Position numbers and translations under genes: made by a program | Shown here: piece after piece, positions 1-13,690 of the stretch | Numbering within the stretch: position 1 is the stretch's first letter | Layout: every line of letters starts with the position of its first letter | NCBI RefSeq assembly: GCF_009914755.1 | Contig: NC_060933.1 | Length of the DNA: 64,000 bases | Source of the DNA: the human T2T-CHM13v2.0 reference genome, Homo sapiens | Direction: 5' to 3' (one strand) | Notes under the pieces: model-generated | Seen by the model: the letters and a program-made list of their open reading frames with translations, nothing else | The model's database searches: none | What the model was told of the DNA's origin: nothing

Positions 1-1599
1 TTTACTGTCAGCATTTTCTACAATGGAACTCTGTGAGGGCAAATTAGAATGTAATGTTTTGAAACTCAAGTAATTAATATTTGTTTCTTGGGATTTATTG
101 ATAGCTTCCTGAGCAGTAATCCCCAAAACATCAGCTTGAATTGATAGTCTAGCTAGTGATGGTGAAAGTTTTGGGTGATAATGTACACTCAATAAATAGT
201 TTCCAATCCCACCTGAGGCATATGTTTTAGTTACATATTATTTAAATTTCATTATGCTAACTTAACAGGTTCTGATTATTACGTTAATTATAAAGCATAG
301 AACATGGGAGGCTTTCTGAATGAAGGAAAAGGAATATGAGTTGAAGTTGTAAAATTATCTCTCACCAGCTTAGTGGATTGTTTTGCTTGTCCCTTTACGG
401 TACATATATTCCTTTCTGGAGACCACTGGGACAGAATGATGCAAAATTTTCCTAACCAATCACCTCTCCTCCCACCCATCTAAGGTTTTGACTTCTCTCC
501 ACTTCCTAATAAATCACACATAACTTTCTTATCTTGATACTTGATTTTTTTTTCACAATATAGCTCTGGTCTAGCTTCTTTTCTTTCCTACAGTCCACTA
601 CTATCCTGGCACATACTCCAGGCAAACTATTTCCCAAACAGGCCCTCCCCCTTTTTTTGTTTATTTTACAGCTAACATGATCTTTTCCATATAATGACAG
701 GCACCAAACAACTCTTCAGCACCTATTCAATGCCAGGTACTGTGCCAAGTCTGTGGGATACAAAGTTTTTTTTTGTTACAGATAGGGGGTGTTATAGACA
801 GAAGAAAGTGTATCATCTCTTGCCATTTCCTCTGCCTAAAATGTTTGTCTTGTAAAATTTATTTCACCTAAGAAAATTTTTCTTAATCCTATGGGGCTTT
901 GTGTAAATCTCTCTTCTTTATAAAGCCTTTCTGGAGATCTGACTGGGCAGGATCTCTCTCTCTCTTTCCCTGCTCCCTCCCACCATCTCTCTTCTTTAAG
1001 GCTCCTATCATATTATCTATCCCTAGTATCACAGTTCTTTGTTTGTTACTGCCCTTCACAAAGTTTCATTATTTCTCACATTAATTGCTGAAAAAGTTGA
1101 AAAATGTGTGTTGGTTGACATATGTATCACTTTCCAAAGAAATGTAAGGGTTTTTTTTTTCCTTATTTCTCTGAAGGTTTAAATAGACAGCATTTGCATA
1201 CAAAATATCACATATATGTGACATATAGATTTTAGTGTAGAACTAGATTTATGAGATTATTTTGGCAAAATTCAATTTTCCATGGAATTTTCATTTTAAT
1301 ACATTCTTGTGGAAGAAGCATATATTGATTTAACAAATATCAACACCTGTATCTGTTAGTGTGATTCTTTTTTTTCCTTCAGATACTTTTATGTATCTCA
1401 TATCTACTTGATTCAAAGAAATGGGACATGGTAACTTAGATTTTCTCATTTTAATGCTACCAAGTATGCATTTTTAAATTTTCTTTTCTACCAAGGAAAA
1501 CCTATATTTCATATTCATGCTATGTATAAAGTTTTAAAGAGCGACAATAAGAACTCCAAACATTGTGTAAATGTTTCCACATCCCATTTTTTTCTGCAG

Positions 1600-1767
1600 G
1601 CACCGAGGATGGGCCAATTAGGAGAAATCCAGCTGGAAATGTGGCCAGACCAATGGTGCAACGTCTTCCTGAACCACAGGATGTCGCTCAGTGCTTGGAA
1701 GTTGGTTTATTTGACACGCCTCCTTTTTATTCCAACTCTACAAACAGTTTCCGAAACACAGTGGAAG
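1600..1767 (+). CDS. TYRP1: TYRP1 coding exon 5 (168 bp, phase 1/1; residues ~305-361, [57 protein letters not shown])
   Basis: Acceptor ttttttctgcag|G at 1599/1600. Translation matches the human TYRP1 luminal domain, including the NSFRN motif and the NST sequon. Donor is the non-canonical GAAG|gcaagt. Confidence 0.97.
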
Positions 1768-3190
1768 GCAAGTAAATGAAATCAGTATTTTTAAAAGATC
1801 TAGTTATCAGAGAAAACTGAATTATTCAAAAGCAAGTTTCTTTGAGAAGGCTTTGAATAGTATATTAATCCTGTGTGTTTATGTGAATGAGATTTTCTAT
1901 TATGATACACCTGCTTGAAAAAGGAACTTTCTTAAAAAGAAGAGTCAACCATGAAGCTCTTTTCATTATAGGTGAAGCCCTTGGAAATCATGCTCTAATT
2001 TCTTAAACACCCAAAAACTTTTTAAATTCAAATTTCTGGTAGCTAGCTGGCCAATATGTAACTATATCAAGGTCTCTAGCATTGGCAAACAATATTCAAG
2101 ACTTTGACAGTGTATTAAATTAGTTTAGTTTTTTTTTTAAATAGAGTAATAAAAAAAATTCCAAACAATTAGTTGACACTGAGTAAAGCCTTGCTTGCGC
2201 ATATGTTTTATTTAGGTCAGTATTAACCTGTAACTTTTTTCAAAGGTCTGTACAAATTCAAATTAGCATCTACTGATGCTTAACTTGGTTTTCCTTATTT
2301 CACACAAAGTATTTTAAAGCTGAGGAAAGTGAGGTATAAACAGGTAAAATTACTATCACAAGATATTCAGCTAGTTACTAACAGAGCGTAGGTTCAAATT
2401 CAAGTTTTCAAAATCCAGTGTCTTTGTATAATAAATTTTGATACCTCCAAATGATGCTTGATATATATATATATTTAAAGTCTTCAAAAGAATATAATTA
2501 CTTTTATCTTATAAACTTGTTATTGTTAAATTTTTACCTTCAATATAGCATTGTCCATGTCTAATGCATCCCATCTCCCCAAAAAATGCAAATACATTTC
2601 TCTGCCCTATGATCAGAGATACTTGGTATACAAATCTAATAATTATTTTTAATTCTCTCACCTTTTAGTCTCAAAATTATATGCCATTTTAACCTATTTT
2701 TGATCATTTTAATAACTACCTGAATGCACTGATTTGAATATGATTCAATAAAAAAAATCACTATATTTTGGCTAATCTGTAAACTAAGGCCATCAGCACT
2801 GATGTTTTAAAAGATGTACAGATTGTGTCTTCTTAATGCCCAATCAGAAGACAATTATACTTATTTCCTGACAAAATGTATAAAAAGACGAGTGTCAAGC
2901 CACGTTCCATATATATCACAGACAATCTTTAAATGTTTTTGAGTCAAATAACAATGGAATAGATGCTTGAAAAAATGCATAGGTGGCTAAATAAGTGGCT
3001 ACAACTATACAATTCATCTTAGATGAAGAGAGAACTGGTTAACATATTTTAAATTCTGATTTCATTTTATAATGCACAACAATTCCCTGATCTCAACCCT
3101 CTGGTCCTTCAACCCAATTAGACAGCCTACATTATAGACCCTCCATTTTTATTTATGACCTGTCTTATACCAATCCTTGTTTTCTCCCTT

Positions 3191-3199
3191 ATATATGGA

Positions 3200-3255
<56 letters not shown>

Positions 3256-3278
3256 GTGTGTATATGTATATATGGAAT
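3191..3278. repeat. (TA)n(TG)n compound microsatellite in intron 5
   Basis: Direct reading; bracketed by ATATATGGAAT on both sides. Confidence 0.95.
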
Positions 3279-3816
3279 TGAGATATTTATCAAAAGCTGT
3301 ATAAATGTTTTGACAGTAGGTTTTCCCGATGTTTAAAACTAGCACAAAGATGGAAAGAAAGCCCTGAGGAATTGTAGCTTCCCCACAAAAAATAGTTTTC
3401 CAAAAATAAACGTGCTAACAGTCATTCAAAAATAAGGTAGGAGGCTGAAGTAACATCTGGCAACTTAAGTTCCAAGACAACCAGAGCATTCTTCTCCCAA
3501 TTGTGTCAGCAGTTTTTAGCAGAAACTGGAGATTTTCACTATCTTTATTCCCATGTAGAACAATGTCTGCCTTGTCAAATAGAGTGTCTATATATTTTGA
3601 CTGGTATCCTTTGCAGGTCATTATTTTTAACCTGGAGGCTACATTTAGAATGTCATGCCACTAGCATAAAACCAGCCTAGCTCTGGGTATAGCAAACAAA
3701 TGTCATCAACCATAGGTACAGAGAAGCAGTGCTGTTATATTAAGGCAAAAATTGGCCTGACGAGCCTTGAAAAAATTGTTTCCCAATATAATCATTGCTA
3801 TTACCTGGAAAAGTGA

Positions 3817-4116
<300 letters not shown>

Positions 4117-4891
4117 TGAGCACTCAGCGCATAAAAACACTTTCAAAATAAGGATAGCATAGCTGTAATATCAAGTCACTTCCAGACATTCAATTCTACT
4201 TTGAAAATGCAGGCAAGAAGTCTCTCCAAATAGTTATTATAGGATGATATTTTTAACCATTTGCTGGGACTAACCAAATCATCTCTCCTAATTTTTGCTA
4301 CGAAAAAATGGCTACTATGTTTCACAAATTGTTCTTACCCTCATCTTCCAACATAAATTCTCATTACTTTTAAATATAAATGAGGAAAACCTTATAGAGC
4401 TCTTCTTTGATATCCCAAAAGACTAAAAATTGTATACCCATAATCCACAGTTCTTATTTTTATTACTTAATGGCCCCTCACAAATAGAAATTGTGTTCCA
4501 CTTGAAAAGTTAATGTTGGCTTTTATATCACACTATAGGAAATCTCTTTTAAGTTCATTTCAATGCATTCTTTAAAATACTATTTAAAAGGCCTCTTTCT
4601 CTGCCTTCCTATGCAGCTGAGAGGCTAGCATTATTTTTCAAACAATAAAAGTGCTTCCACTGGTTAAAACATCGCAAATTTTCATAGGTTGAAAGCATTC
4701 TAAATTTTGGCTTTTGTGCCTTTAGCTCATAACGCACATAAACCTGATATTGTAGCTTAACTACCTATTGATTTATGTATCCATTAGGCATGCTTTCATT
4801 TCTATGTGTGTATGTGTGCAATAACGTCCTCTAATCCAACCTAATTAGGACCATTAATTGATGAAATTGATGAAAATAGTTTGTTCCATCA

Positions 4892-5182
<291 letters not shown>

Positions 5183-6599
5183 TCAATCAGTTATGAATTC
5201 AGTTATTGCAGTTTCATCTCATTTTCATGTGTATTTATATACATAATGACAACCATAAATCTATAATTTACACTGTCAGCTTTTTTAAAAGTGAAACAAT
5301 AAATGAGTGACTTTTGAAATACAATATGAGGGCAAATATTTTAGCCATACACCTTTAACAAATCTTTCCAAAATGTTCAATTTACATACTATAAAAACAA
5401 CATCCTTCTCTTTGTTTTACAGTCATGATGACCACTTTATGTTTGTTTAACTAGATTACTTTTATTACAGTAATGAGTAAACTCAAATTAATAGGTTTAG
5501 GAATTAACAAAACCAGCTTTTGTTAAACATGCACTTCTGGGAACTACATGGCAATGTTCAAGTTGTATTTATCCAGTTATTCACAATGCCGTGGGTGTTA
5601 GTAAACTTTTTAGAGGAAATGGAGACTATTCAGTAACCTGGCAAGTCTCTTAAGTGGAGTTTTCTTTCACCTATGAAAGAAAGGAAAGATATTCCTTCAC
5701 CTTGTGTATCTTGGCTGAAAATATAATTATTTCACATTGATAGCAAGTTGTTAAAGGTTCTCCAGATTTTAACTTAAAGGTCATTGATGAACCAGAAAAA
5801 TACCTTTTGAACATTTTTTTCTGACATTTTCTTTGTTTGCAATATGTGTAGCATAAGGTTTCTCAGTAACTTGAATTGTAGTGGGAAGAGAAATACCGTA
5901 AATAAAAAATAGGAAACTACCCTGCAGCACATTTCTGATAAAATGTGGCCATAAAATTATAGGATAGGTCAATGTAAACACTTGCAAACTGCATGAAAGC
6001 TAAGCTGAAACAATTAGCCTCCTTCTTAAATATTCCTTGTACCTGCAAATACGTTTTAGAAATCAGTGTCATAAAACAACTGTGAAGAAGAGAAAGAAAA
6101 ATTAGAAAGATTAAAAAAATTTATAAAACTGTCTGTAAAGCAAGAGTCTTGTTTAAAATAAGTCTAGGAGTGGAGGGATGGAATTCTTTTTCAAAATGAT
6201 TGAAAGGTTTTTACAAATATAGAAAGCTCTTTACAAATTGCAGAATAATAGAATTATTAGGCTTGGAAAGGAACAAAAATTACACTTTACAGATAAAGAA
6301 AAGTGGAGTCATTCAAATATTAATGTCCATTACAGGTTCCTTTCATTAGACATGAAATAGTACAATTGAGAGCATCCAAACTCTAGTTACTACCATGTTA
6401 ATTTCTATTTACTAACATTTCTGATCTATATACACATTCAATTCAATTCCTTCTCTTTTATTTCAACTGAGAATTATATGAATTAAGTTTTAAATATAGC
6501 AGCCCAGAAGTTCAGTGTATTTTCAGAAGAAGCAGTTTATACGTTTCCAAGAGTGATCACTACTTTACTTTTTGAGCTGTGAGAGAAATGAAGTAATCA

Positions 6600-6975
6600 C
6601 ACGTACACTTAAGTCTTTTCATATATATTATTTTCAAATCTACTATTTCCTGGTCAGTATTCAAGGTACCAGAAATACGATGCTATACAAAATTCACCAA
6701 CAAATTTTCTTCCTGAAACTTTTCTTCCTGTTGATAAAATTGACAATAACCATATGTAAATACATATACAGCATGTTAGATGGTGGAAGTCTCTATAGAC
6801 AAATAAAATCAGGAAATAGGATAGGCAGTACTGTGTAGATATATGGAAGAAGAATGTCCTAAGACAAAGGAACAGGGAGCCAACTGTGGCTGGAGTAGAG
6901 TGGGGTCTGGGGAGAGAGTGGTGAGAGATAGTAAGGTCAAAGGGATAACAGGAGGCAGAGCTGTATGCCACAGCA
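6600..6975. mobile_element. Degenerate L2 fragment
   Basis: L2-like motifs such as ggagccaactgtggctggagtagagtgggg...gagatagtaaggtca. Confidence 0.45.
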
Positions 6976-7266
6976 AATTACAGGTTTATGTTTTCTTTGG
7001 CTTTGAAAAATACATTTAATGAATTTTATTCAAATTGCTTTATGTAATTTTTAAAAATTATTCAAGATCACCATAGGTGATGAAATACTAAAACTCCCCT
7101 GCTTTTAAACTCTCTTTTTTATTAAGTGGTATATTGGTACTGTATTCAAAGCATTTTCTGTTTTATGTAATTTCTCATCCTGCTGTAGTGAAACTTCATA
7201 TCTTTATTCAGTGTAAAATAAGAATAAAATTTTTTCAGGTTCTCCTTGAATATTGGATGCCTTTAG

Positions 7267-7488
<222 letters not shown>

Positions 7489-7689
7489 TGAAAGTGTATT
7501 TTTACTGTGATAATTTCCAAAAGCAAATGTGTTATCTTTCAAGTAGAGTAATCACGGTATTCTGAAGCTATGTTTTCCATTTGGACTTGGAAACTTTCAT
7601 TTGTACTTTTATTTGAGGATAAGGGAAGGAATTTGATATTTGTTGAGAGTCCACACTAAGCTGATATTGATCTTATTGTACAGCACCCT

Positions 7690-7860
7690 ATCTCATTTAA
7701 TCCTCACAATGCTTTGGGGTGAGTATGAAAATCTTCATTTCACAAATAAGGAAGCTGAGGCTTAAATAGGTTAACTGTTACAGATTCACATTTCTAATGA
7801 GGGAAGAGAATGAGTTTGAGCTTAGGCCCATGGAATATGCCCCAATTTTTCTACTATACC
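7690..7860 (-). mobile_element. MIR SINE (intron 7)
   Basis: ctcatttaatcctcacaat ... catttcacaaataaggaagctgaggctt (MIR core). Confidence 0.75.
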
Positions 7861-7971
7861 ATATTGCCTGCATTTATCTATCTTAAAGGAAAAGGGAGTG
7901 AGATACTCTTAGGTATTTTTCTGAGATTTTGAAGTTCAAAAGTTTTTTGTTTAAATCTTTTCCCCAACAAA

Positions 7972-8160
7972 GGCAGTAGGGCATAGTGGAAAAGTACAAG
8001 ACTTATATTCTAAAATATCCGGGCTCCAAAGCCAACTTTATTGCTTACCAACCAAGTGACCTGGGTAAGTGACTCAGACTCATTGAGTCATCATTCTCTC
8101 ACTTTCACAAAATGAAATGGAAATAACAATGACTATCCCAATAGGGTCCACTCATTAAAA
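7972..8160 (+). mobile_element. MIR SINE (intron 7), opposite orientation to the previous MIR
   Basis: ggcagtagggcatagtggaaaag ... gtgacctgggtaagtgactc ... aaaatgaaatggaaataacaat. Confidence 0.65.
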
Positions 8161-8229
8161 GAAATCAGGAAGTGGCTTCAAGGCCATGTGGCCAATGTAA
8201 ATTAAATATGAGGATTTCTGTTAAAATAG

Positions 8230-8520
<291 letters not shown>

Positions 8521-9615
8521 CAAATGCCCTACTCTCTTATGCATTAGTATCACAAAACCACCTGGTTGAATATAATAGATTGAGTTATTAACTGTATTTT
8601 CTTTCACTTTATTACCTTCTTTCTAATACAAGCATATGTTAGAATTAAAGTTCTAGGCATACTTTTCAAAGCTGGGAAGACCCTTTCAGAATCTTTTCAA
8701 TGGGTTTTAATTTTCAGTTCTATTTAAAATGGTGAATGACACTAAACTCCATGATATTTAAGGATAGTGTGAAGATCTTTGGCATGATTTAAAGGTTGAG
8801 TATGTGAAGATATAAGTGAACTACCATGCTTTGTTTACGTGTAAAGGAAAATAATGTTTGATAGTAAATGTCCACTTAAAATACATGAATGGGCATTTCT
8901 AAAATGTTAAAACATAAACTCATTTCCATTCATGGATATTTGTCAACAGATTTAAAGAAAACCACAGTTATTAATTAAAGAAAATTATGTGTAGTTATAA
9001 ACCAATGAAATTTTGATTAACCTTTTCAAATTAATGTTCCAGTTTGAAGACCAATCAAATATATTATTTAGTCAACATATACTATTTAGTCTCAGGTTCA
9101 AGGCTACAACAAAAATCACCATCTTTGTCAAACTTTGGAGAGGGAAAATCTTCACTTTCTTAAGCAACAATGGATATTGCCTGTGTTTGCCACTGTGTTT
9201 CCCTGCCTCTCAATTCGCTGAAAAAGGAACTACCTATCCTTACATTTCACCTACTAATGTCTCTTCTAACATCTTAGAGGTCCATGGAGAAGGCATATGG
9301 AGAACATGTTTTATACTGCTCTATAAATAGTATTCCAATCACTGTGCTTAATTTAAATAGCATTCTCTTATCATTTATCAGCCTTTTATGTATTTTCCAA
9401 GTAAAATATTAACATATTACTTCATTGGTCTTCTTTTTTATCTGGTTCTATATGAATGCTATTTTTTCCCTTCTCTTCTAACATGAAATATATTTTCTCT
9501 TTTTGATCTTGTGCTATGAAACAATCTTCCAAAGAACTGTATAAGGTGGTCATAAGTGAATATTTTAATTAAAATTGGTAAAAATAAATAATAATAACAG
9601 TAATAATCATGCACT
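8521..9615 (+). other. TYRP1: TYRP1 3'UTR (~1.1 kb, AU-rich; end approximate)
   Basis: Follows the TAA stop and runs to the AATAAA at 9583-9588. Confidence 0.8.
9583..9588 (+). terminator. Polyadenylation signal AATAAA (a second copy at 9744-9749)
   Basis: Canonical hexamer ~1.06 kb after the stop codon, consistent with the recalled ~2.9-kb TYRP1 mRNA. Confidence 0.7.
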
Positions 9616-10659
9616 ATAGAAAATGGCTAAACTGAGATTCTAAATTCTACAAACAGAAACAAGTTTAAGTTATGTATCCCTGATTGGTTACTGGGTTTTC
9701 CTATATTCAAAAATATTAAGGCTATATATACACAAGATAAACAAATAAAATATATCAAAGAGCATGCATATAACAATAGGATGTTTTACACTAGCATTAT
9801 TCAATTTATTCTCTTGGAATACATTGCGATTTGTTAAAATACAGTATACTCACAGCTTTTCAAAGAAATTACTGTGTAATGTAAGATGCCTTTTTATATA
9901 GAACATCAATGAAACTAAATACTTCACTTTATATTTTTGTAGACTTACTAATTACTCATTTCAGAAACATTTATTAAGCACATACTAGATATCAAGTATT
10001 TCAAGGCACTATAGATTTAGAGAGAAGAAAATAAGAATTGTAAAATTGAGAAGGTCATGTTTGACTTGTACTTCAAGGACTGCCAATGGATTTACCAAAT
10101 ATAGAAGCAGAGAAGGGAATTTTATTCAAAAGTGACAGCATGGACAAGGGCACAGAAGTTTAAAAGAGCATGGAACTTTTTAAAATATAAAATAGGTCAG
10201 TGTGATTACAGTATAGTTTTTATGGAGGGGAGTAAAAAGATAAATTGGAAATAAAACCAGAGTGTCCTATATGCAATTCTTAATACTTGGAATTAATTCC
10301 ATGGGAAATAGGAAACAGGGAGAGTCATAATCAAGCTGTATATTTATAAATATAGTAGTGATGGTGCTGTTCACAAATAACGTTGATGAGAAATAATTTG
10401 GAATGGTTAAAAGCAAAGAAACTCATTAATATGGAATAGATTGTGGGAGAGAGGAGAAAGCCTTGTTTCAAAGCATTAATTCTAAATAATCATAATTATA
10501 AGATAAAGTTGTACACATCTATAAATAAATAAATACAGCTTATATTATAAATACTATATAATATTGAAATTATAAGTATAATATAAATATAGCTTTAAGT
10601 AAATCATTACAAAAATGTCAGTTAACAATGGAAGACTGTGAGAGAGAGGATTAAAACAA

Positions 10660-12026
10660 GAGCAAAACAGAAAACTATTAACAAAATGGCAGTTAGTAAG
10701 TCCTCAGCAATCAGTAATTATTTTAATGTAAATGGCTTAATATCCCAAATAAGAATGCTTAAAGTAGCTGAGTGAATCAAAAAACATGATCCAGTGACTT
10801 GCTGTCTATAAGAGACTCACTTTAGATTTAAAAATACATATAGGCTGGAAGTAAAGAGATGGAAAAGGATATTATGAAAATGGTAAAAAGAAAAAAAAAA
10901 GAAAGCAGGGGAGGCTATCCTATCAGACAAAATAGACAAAGTCAAAAACTTCCTCTAGAGGTGAAGTTCATTATATAATAATAAAAGGGTCAATTTAACA
11001 AGATATAACAATTGTAAATATATACATATTCAATATCAGAGCACTTAAATATACAAAGCAAATGTTGATAGATCTGAAAGGAGAAATTGATATCAATACA
11101 ATACTAGTAGTAGAATCTAATATTCCACTTTCAATAATGTATAAAACATCCAGGTAGGAGATCTATAAAGAAAGAGAGTACTTGAACAACACTGTACACC
11201 AGTTGGACTTTAGGGACATATACATTACATACCACTCAACAGCAGCAGAATATTCTTATACTTCAGCAACATGTTCTTCTCAAACACAGGTGGAACATAC
11301 TCCAGGATAAATTACATCAGACCTCAAAACAAGTCCCCCCAACATTAAAAAGATAAAAGTCATTTCAAAGATCTTTTAAGATCACAATTGAGTAAAATTA
11401 GAAATCAATAGTGCAAGAAAGTGGGAAATTCACAATGACGAAAAAACAATACACTCTTAAATAACCATTGGGTCAATTAGGAAATCATAAAGGAATTTAA
11501 ATTATATCTCAAGGCAAGTGAAAACAAAAACACAACATATCAAAACTTACAAGATCCAGCAAAAGTACTAAAAAGGAATTTTGTAGCAATAAATGCCTAC
11601 GTTGAAATCTAAGGATCTCAAATGAACAACCTAGCTTATACCTCAAAGAACTAGAAAAAGAACAACAAACTAAGCCCAAAGTTAGCAGAAAGAAATAAAT
11701 AATGAAAATTAGAGTAGAAATAAGTACAGAATAATAAAACAAGAGAAAATTCAGAAAATTAAGGGTTTTTTTTAAAAAAATAAAAAAATGGACAAACCCT
11801 TAGCTAAACTAAGAAGAGGAGAGGACTCAAAATCAGAAATGATAGAGGAAGCATTAAAATGTGTTCCTAAGAAACAAAAGGATCAGAAGAAACTTTTATA
11901 AACAATTATAAGCCAACAATTGGATAACTTATAAGAAATGGATAAATTCCTAGAAACATACAACATACTAAGACTGATTTCAGAAGAAACAGAAAGCCTG
12001 AACATAACAATAACAAACAAGAAAAC
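10660..12026 (+). mobile_element. Old L1M fragment: 5' part of ORF2 (endonuclease region), decayed
   Basis: acaaaatggcagttagtaag...aatgtaaatggcttaa, agagactcactttaga, cctcaaagaactagaaaaagaacaacaaactaagcccaaagttagcagaag; many stops and frameshifts. Confidence 0.88.
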
Positions 12027-12469
12027 TGTTGCATAAGCACCCATTTCTTGTTGCATAAGCACCCATTGCATGTGAGTGCTGCAAATTGATCTAAGCTTTA
12101 TAGTCTAAGTGGAGTCCATTAAAATATCTGACTGTCCTACGCGTGAAAAATAAAAAGCTATTACTTTTTTGGCCCTCAGTTATATCTTGTCTTCATGTCC
12201 AGAAGCAGATTTCACACATAGTGCTTACTTACAAGTCCACATAATTTTAAAACATGAGAAGATAAGTTTGGGGCTATTAAAATACTGTTCCAGGGTTCGT
12301 TTATAAGACATTTGTTTGGAGCTAAGTCCATGAATATCCAATAATGCTATGTATTTTTCCTTTGCTATAGCCTGCTCAAAATTTTCACAACCAACTGATC
12401 AATGGAAGATCAAGTTGAGCAGAGAGCTAATATGAATGTGAAAACATAAATTTAAAAAATGTATCTATA

Positions 12470-12801
12470 AACCAAGAACAGAGTCTGATATGAAATAGAC
12501 AAACTTTAATAAGGAAAAATGCAAAATCCGGTAGTTAAAAAGCATGATGGCAAAACTGAAGGGTAGAAGGAGGCAGGAGTTTTTGCAAAATAACCAGGGA
12601 ATTTTAATTTCAAATTAAATATAAGCCAATAGTGCAATGCAACCGATAAAGGGAAAAATCAAATACAACTGATCAAGTTGGAAAACAGTGAGCTATTGGG
12701 CTTCATTAATCCACAAAAGGAAATATGTGGTAAAGTTGGAATCACACCTGGCCTATTTATACAACTTTCAGGCCACACATTAAGGGGAACATTGGCAAAC
12801 T
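12470..12801 (+). mobile_element. CR1/L3 LINE fragment
   Basis: tttaataaggaaaaatgcaaaatcc, ttaaatataagccaatagtgcaatgca, ccacacattaaggggaacattggcaaactg resemble the L3 3' RT region. Confidence 0.6.
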
Positions 12802-13200
12802 GATCTTCTGCCTGGATGTTTTATCCATTATTAAAAGGGGAATATTGAAGTCTACCACTATTATTGTATTGCTGTCAATTTCTCCATTCAGATATGTCAA
12901 TATTTGCTTTATATATTTAAATGCTCTAATATTGAATATGTATATACTTATAATTGTTATATCTTCTTACTGAATTGATCATTTTATCATATAATAACCT
13001 TTATCTCTAGAGACAATTTTCAATTTTAAGTCTGTTTTGCCTGACATAAATATAGCCATTTCTGCTTTCTTTTTGTTACCATTTTGGAATATCTTTTTCT
13101 ATCTTGTCACTTTCAGCCTATGTGTATCTTTACATCTAAAGTGAGTTTCTTGTAGATAGCAAGTCACTGGATCTTGTTTTCTTCATAATTCAGTCTTGAC
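12802..13200 (-). mobile_element. L1M ORF2 endonuclease fragment, antisense
   Basis: atattgaagtctaccactattattgtattgctgtcaatttctcc ... aaagtgagtttcttgtagatagca. Confidence 0.85.
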
Positions 13201-13206
13201 GTATTG

Positions 13207-13575
13207 TTATATTAGTTCATTTTCACAGTGCTATAAAGAAATACCCAAGACTAGGTAATTTATAAAGGAAAGAAGTTTAATTGACTCACAGTTCCATATG
13301 GCTGTGCTGGGGGAGGTCAAGTAACTTACAATCATGGCAGAAAGCAACGGAGAAGTAAGTACCTTCTTCACAAGGCAGCGGGAAAGATAAAACGAAGGGA
13401 GAAGAGCCTCTTATAAAAATCTCCAGATCTCCTGAGAACTCACTCACTATCAAGAGAAAAGCCTGGGGGAAATCACCCTTATGATCTAATCACCTCTTAC
13501 CTAGTCCCTGCCGTGACAAGTGTGGATTACAGTCAGAGATGAGATTTGCGTGGGGACACAGAGCCAAACCATACT
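13207..13575 (-). mobile_element. MaLR solo LTR (THE1D/MSTA-like)
   Basis: attagttcattttcacagtgctataaagaaatacccaagactaggtaatttataaaggaaagaagtttaattgactcacagttcc ... ggggacacagagccaaaccata. Confidence 0.9.
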
Positions 13576-13690
13576 GCTTGTATATTTATAAGAATTCATC
13601 AATTTCTTCTATATTATCCAATTTTTGGCACATAATTGTAAATAAAAGTCCCTTATGATCTTTTATATTTCTGAGGCTTCTATTACAGTT
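13576..13690 (-). mobile_element. Short L1M ORF2 fragment, antisense
   Basis: aatttcttctatattatccaatttttggcacataattgta, homologous to the reverse complement of ~11870-11960. Confidence 0.65.
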
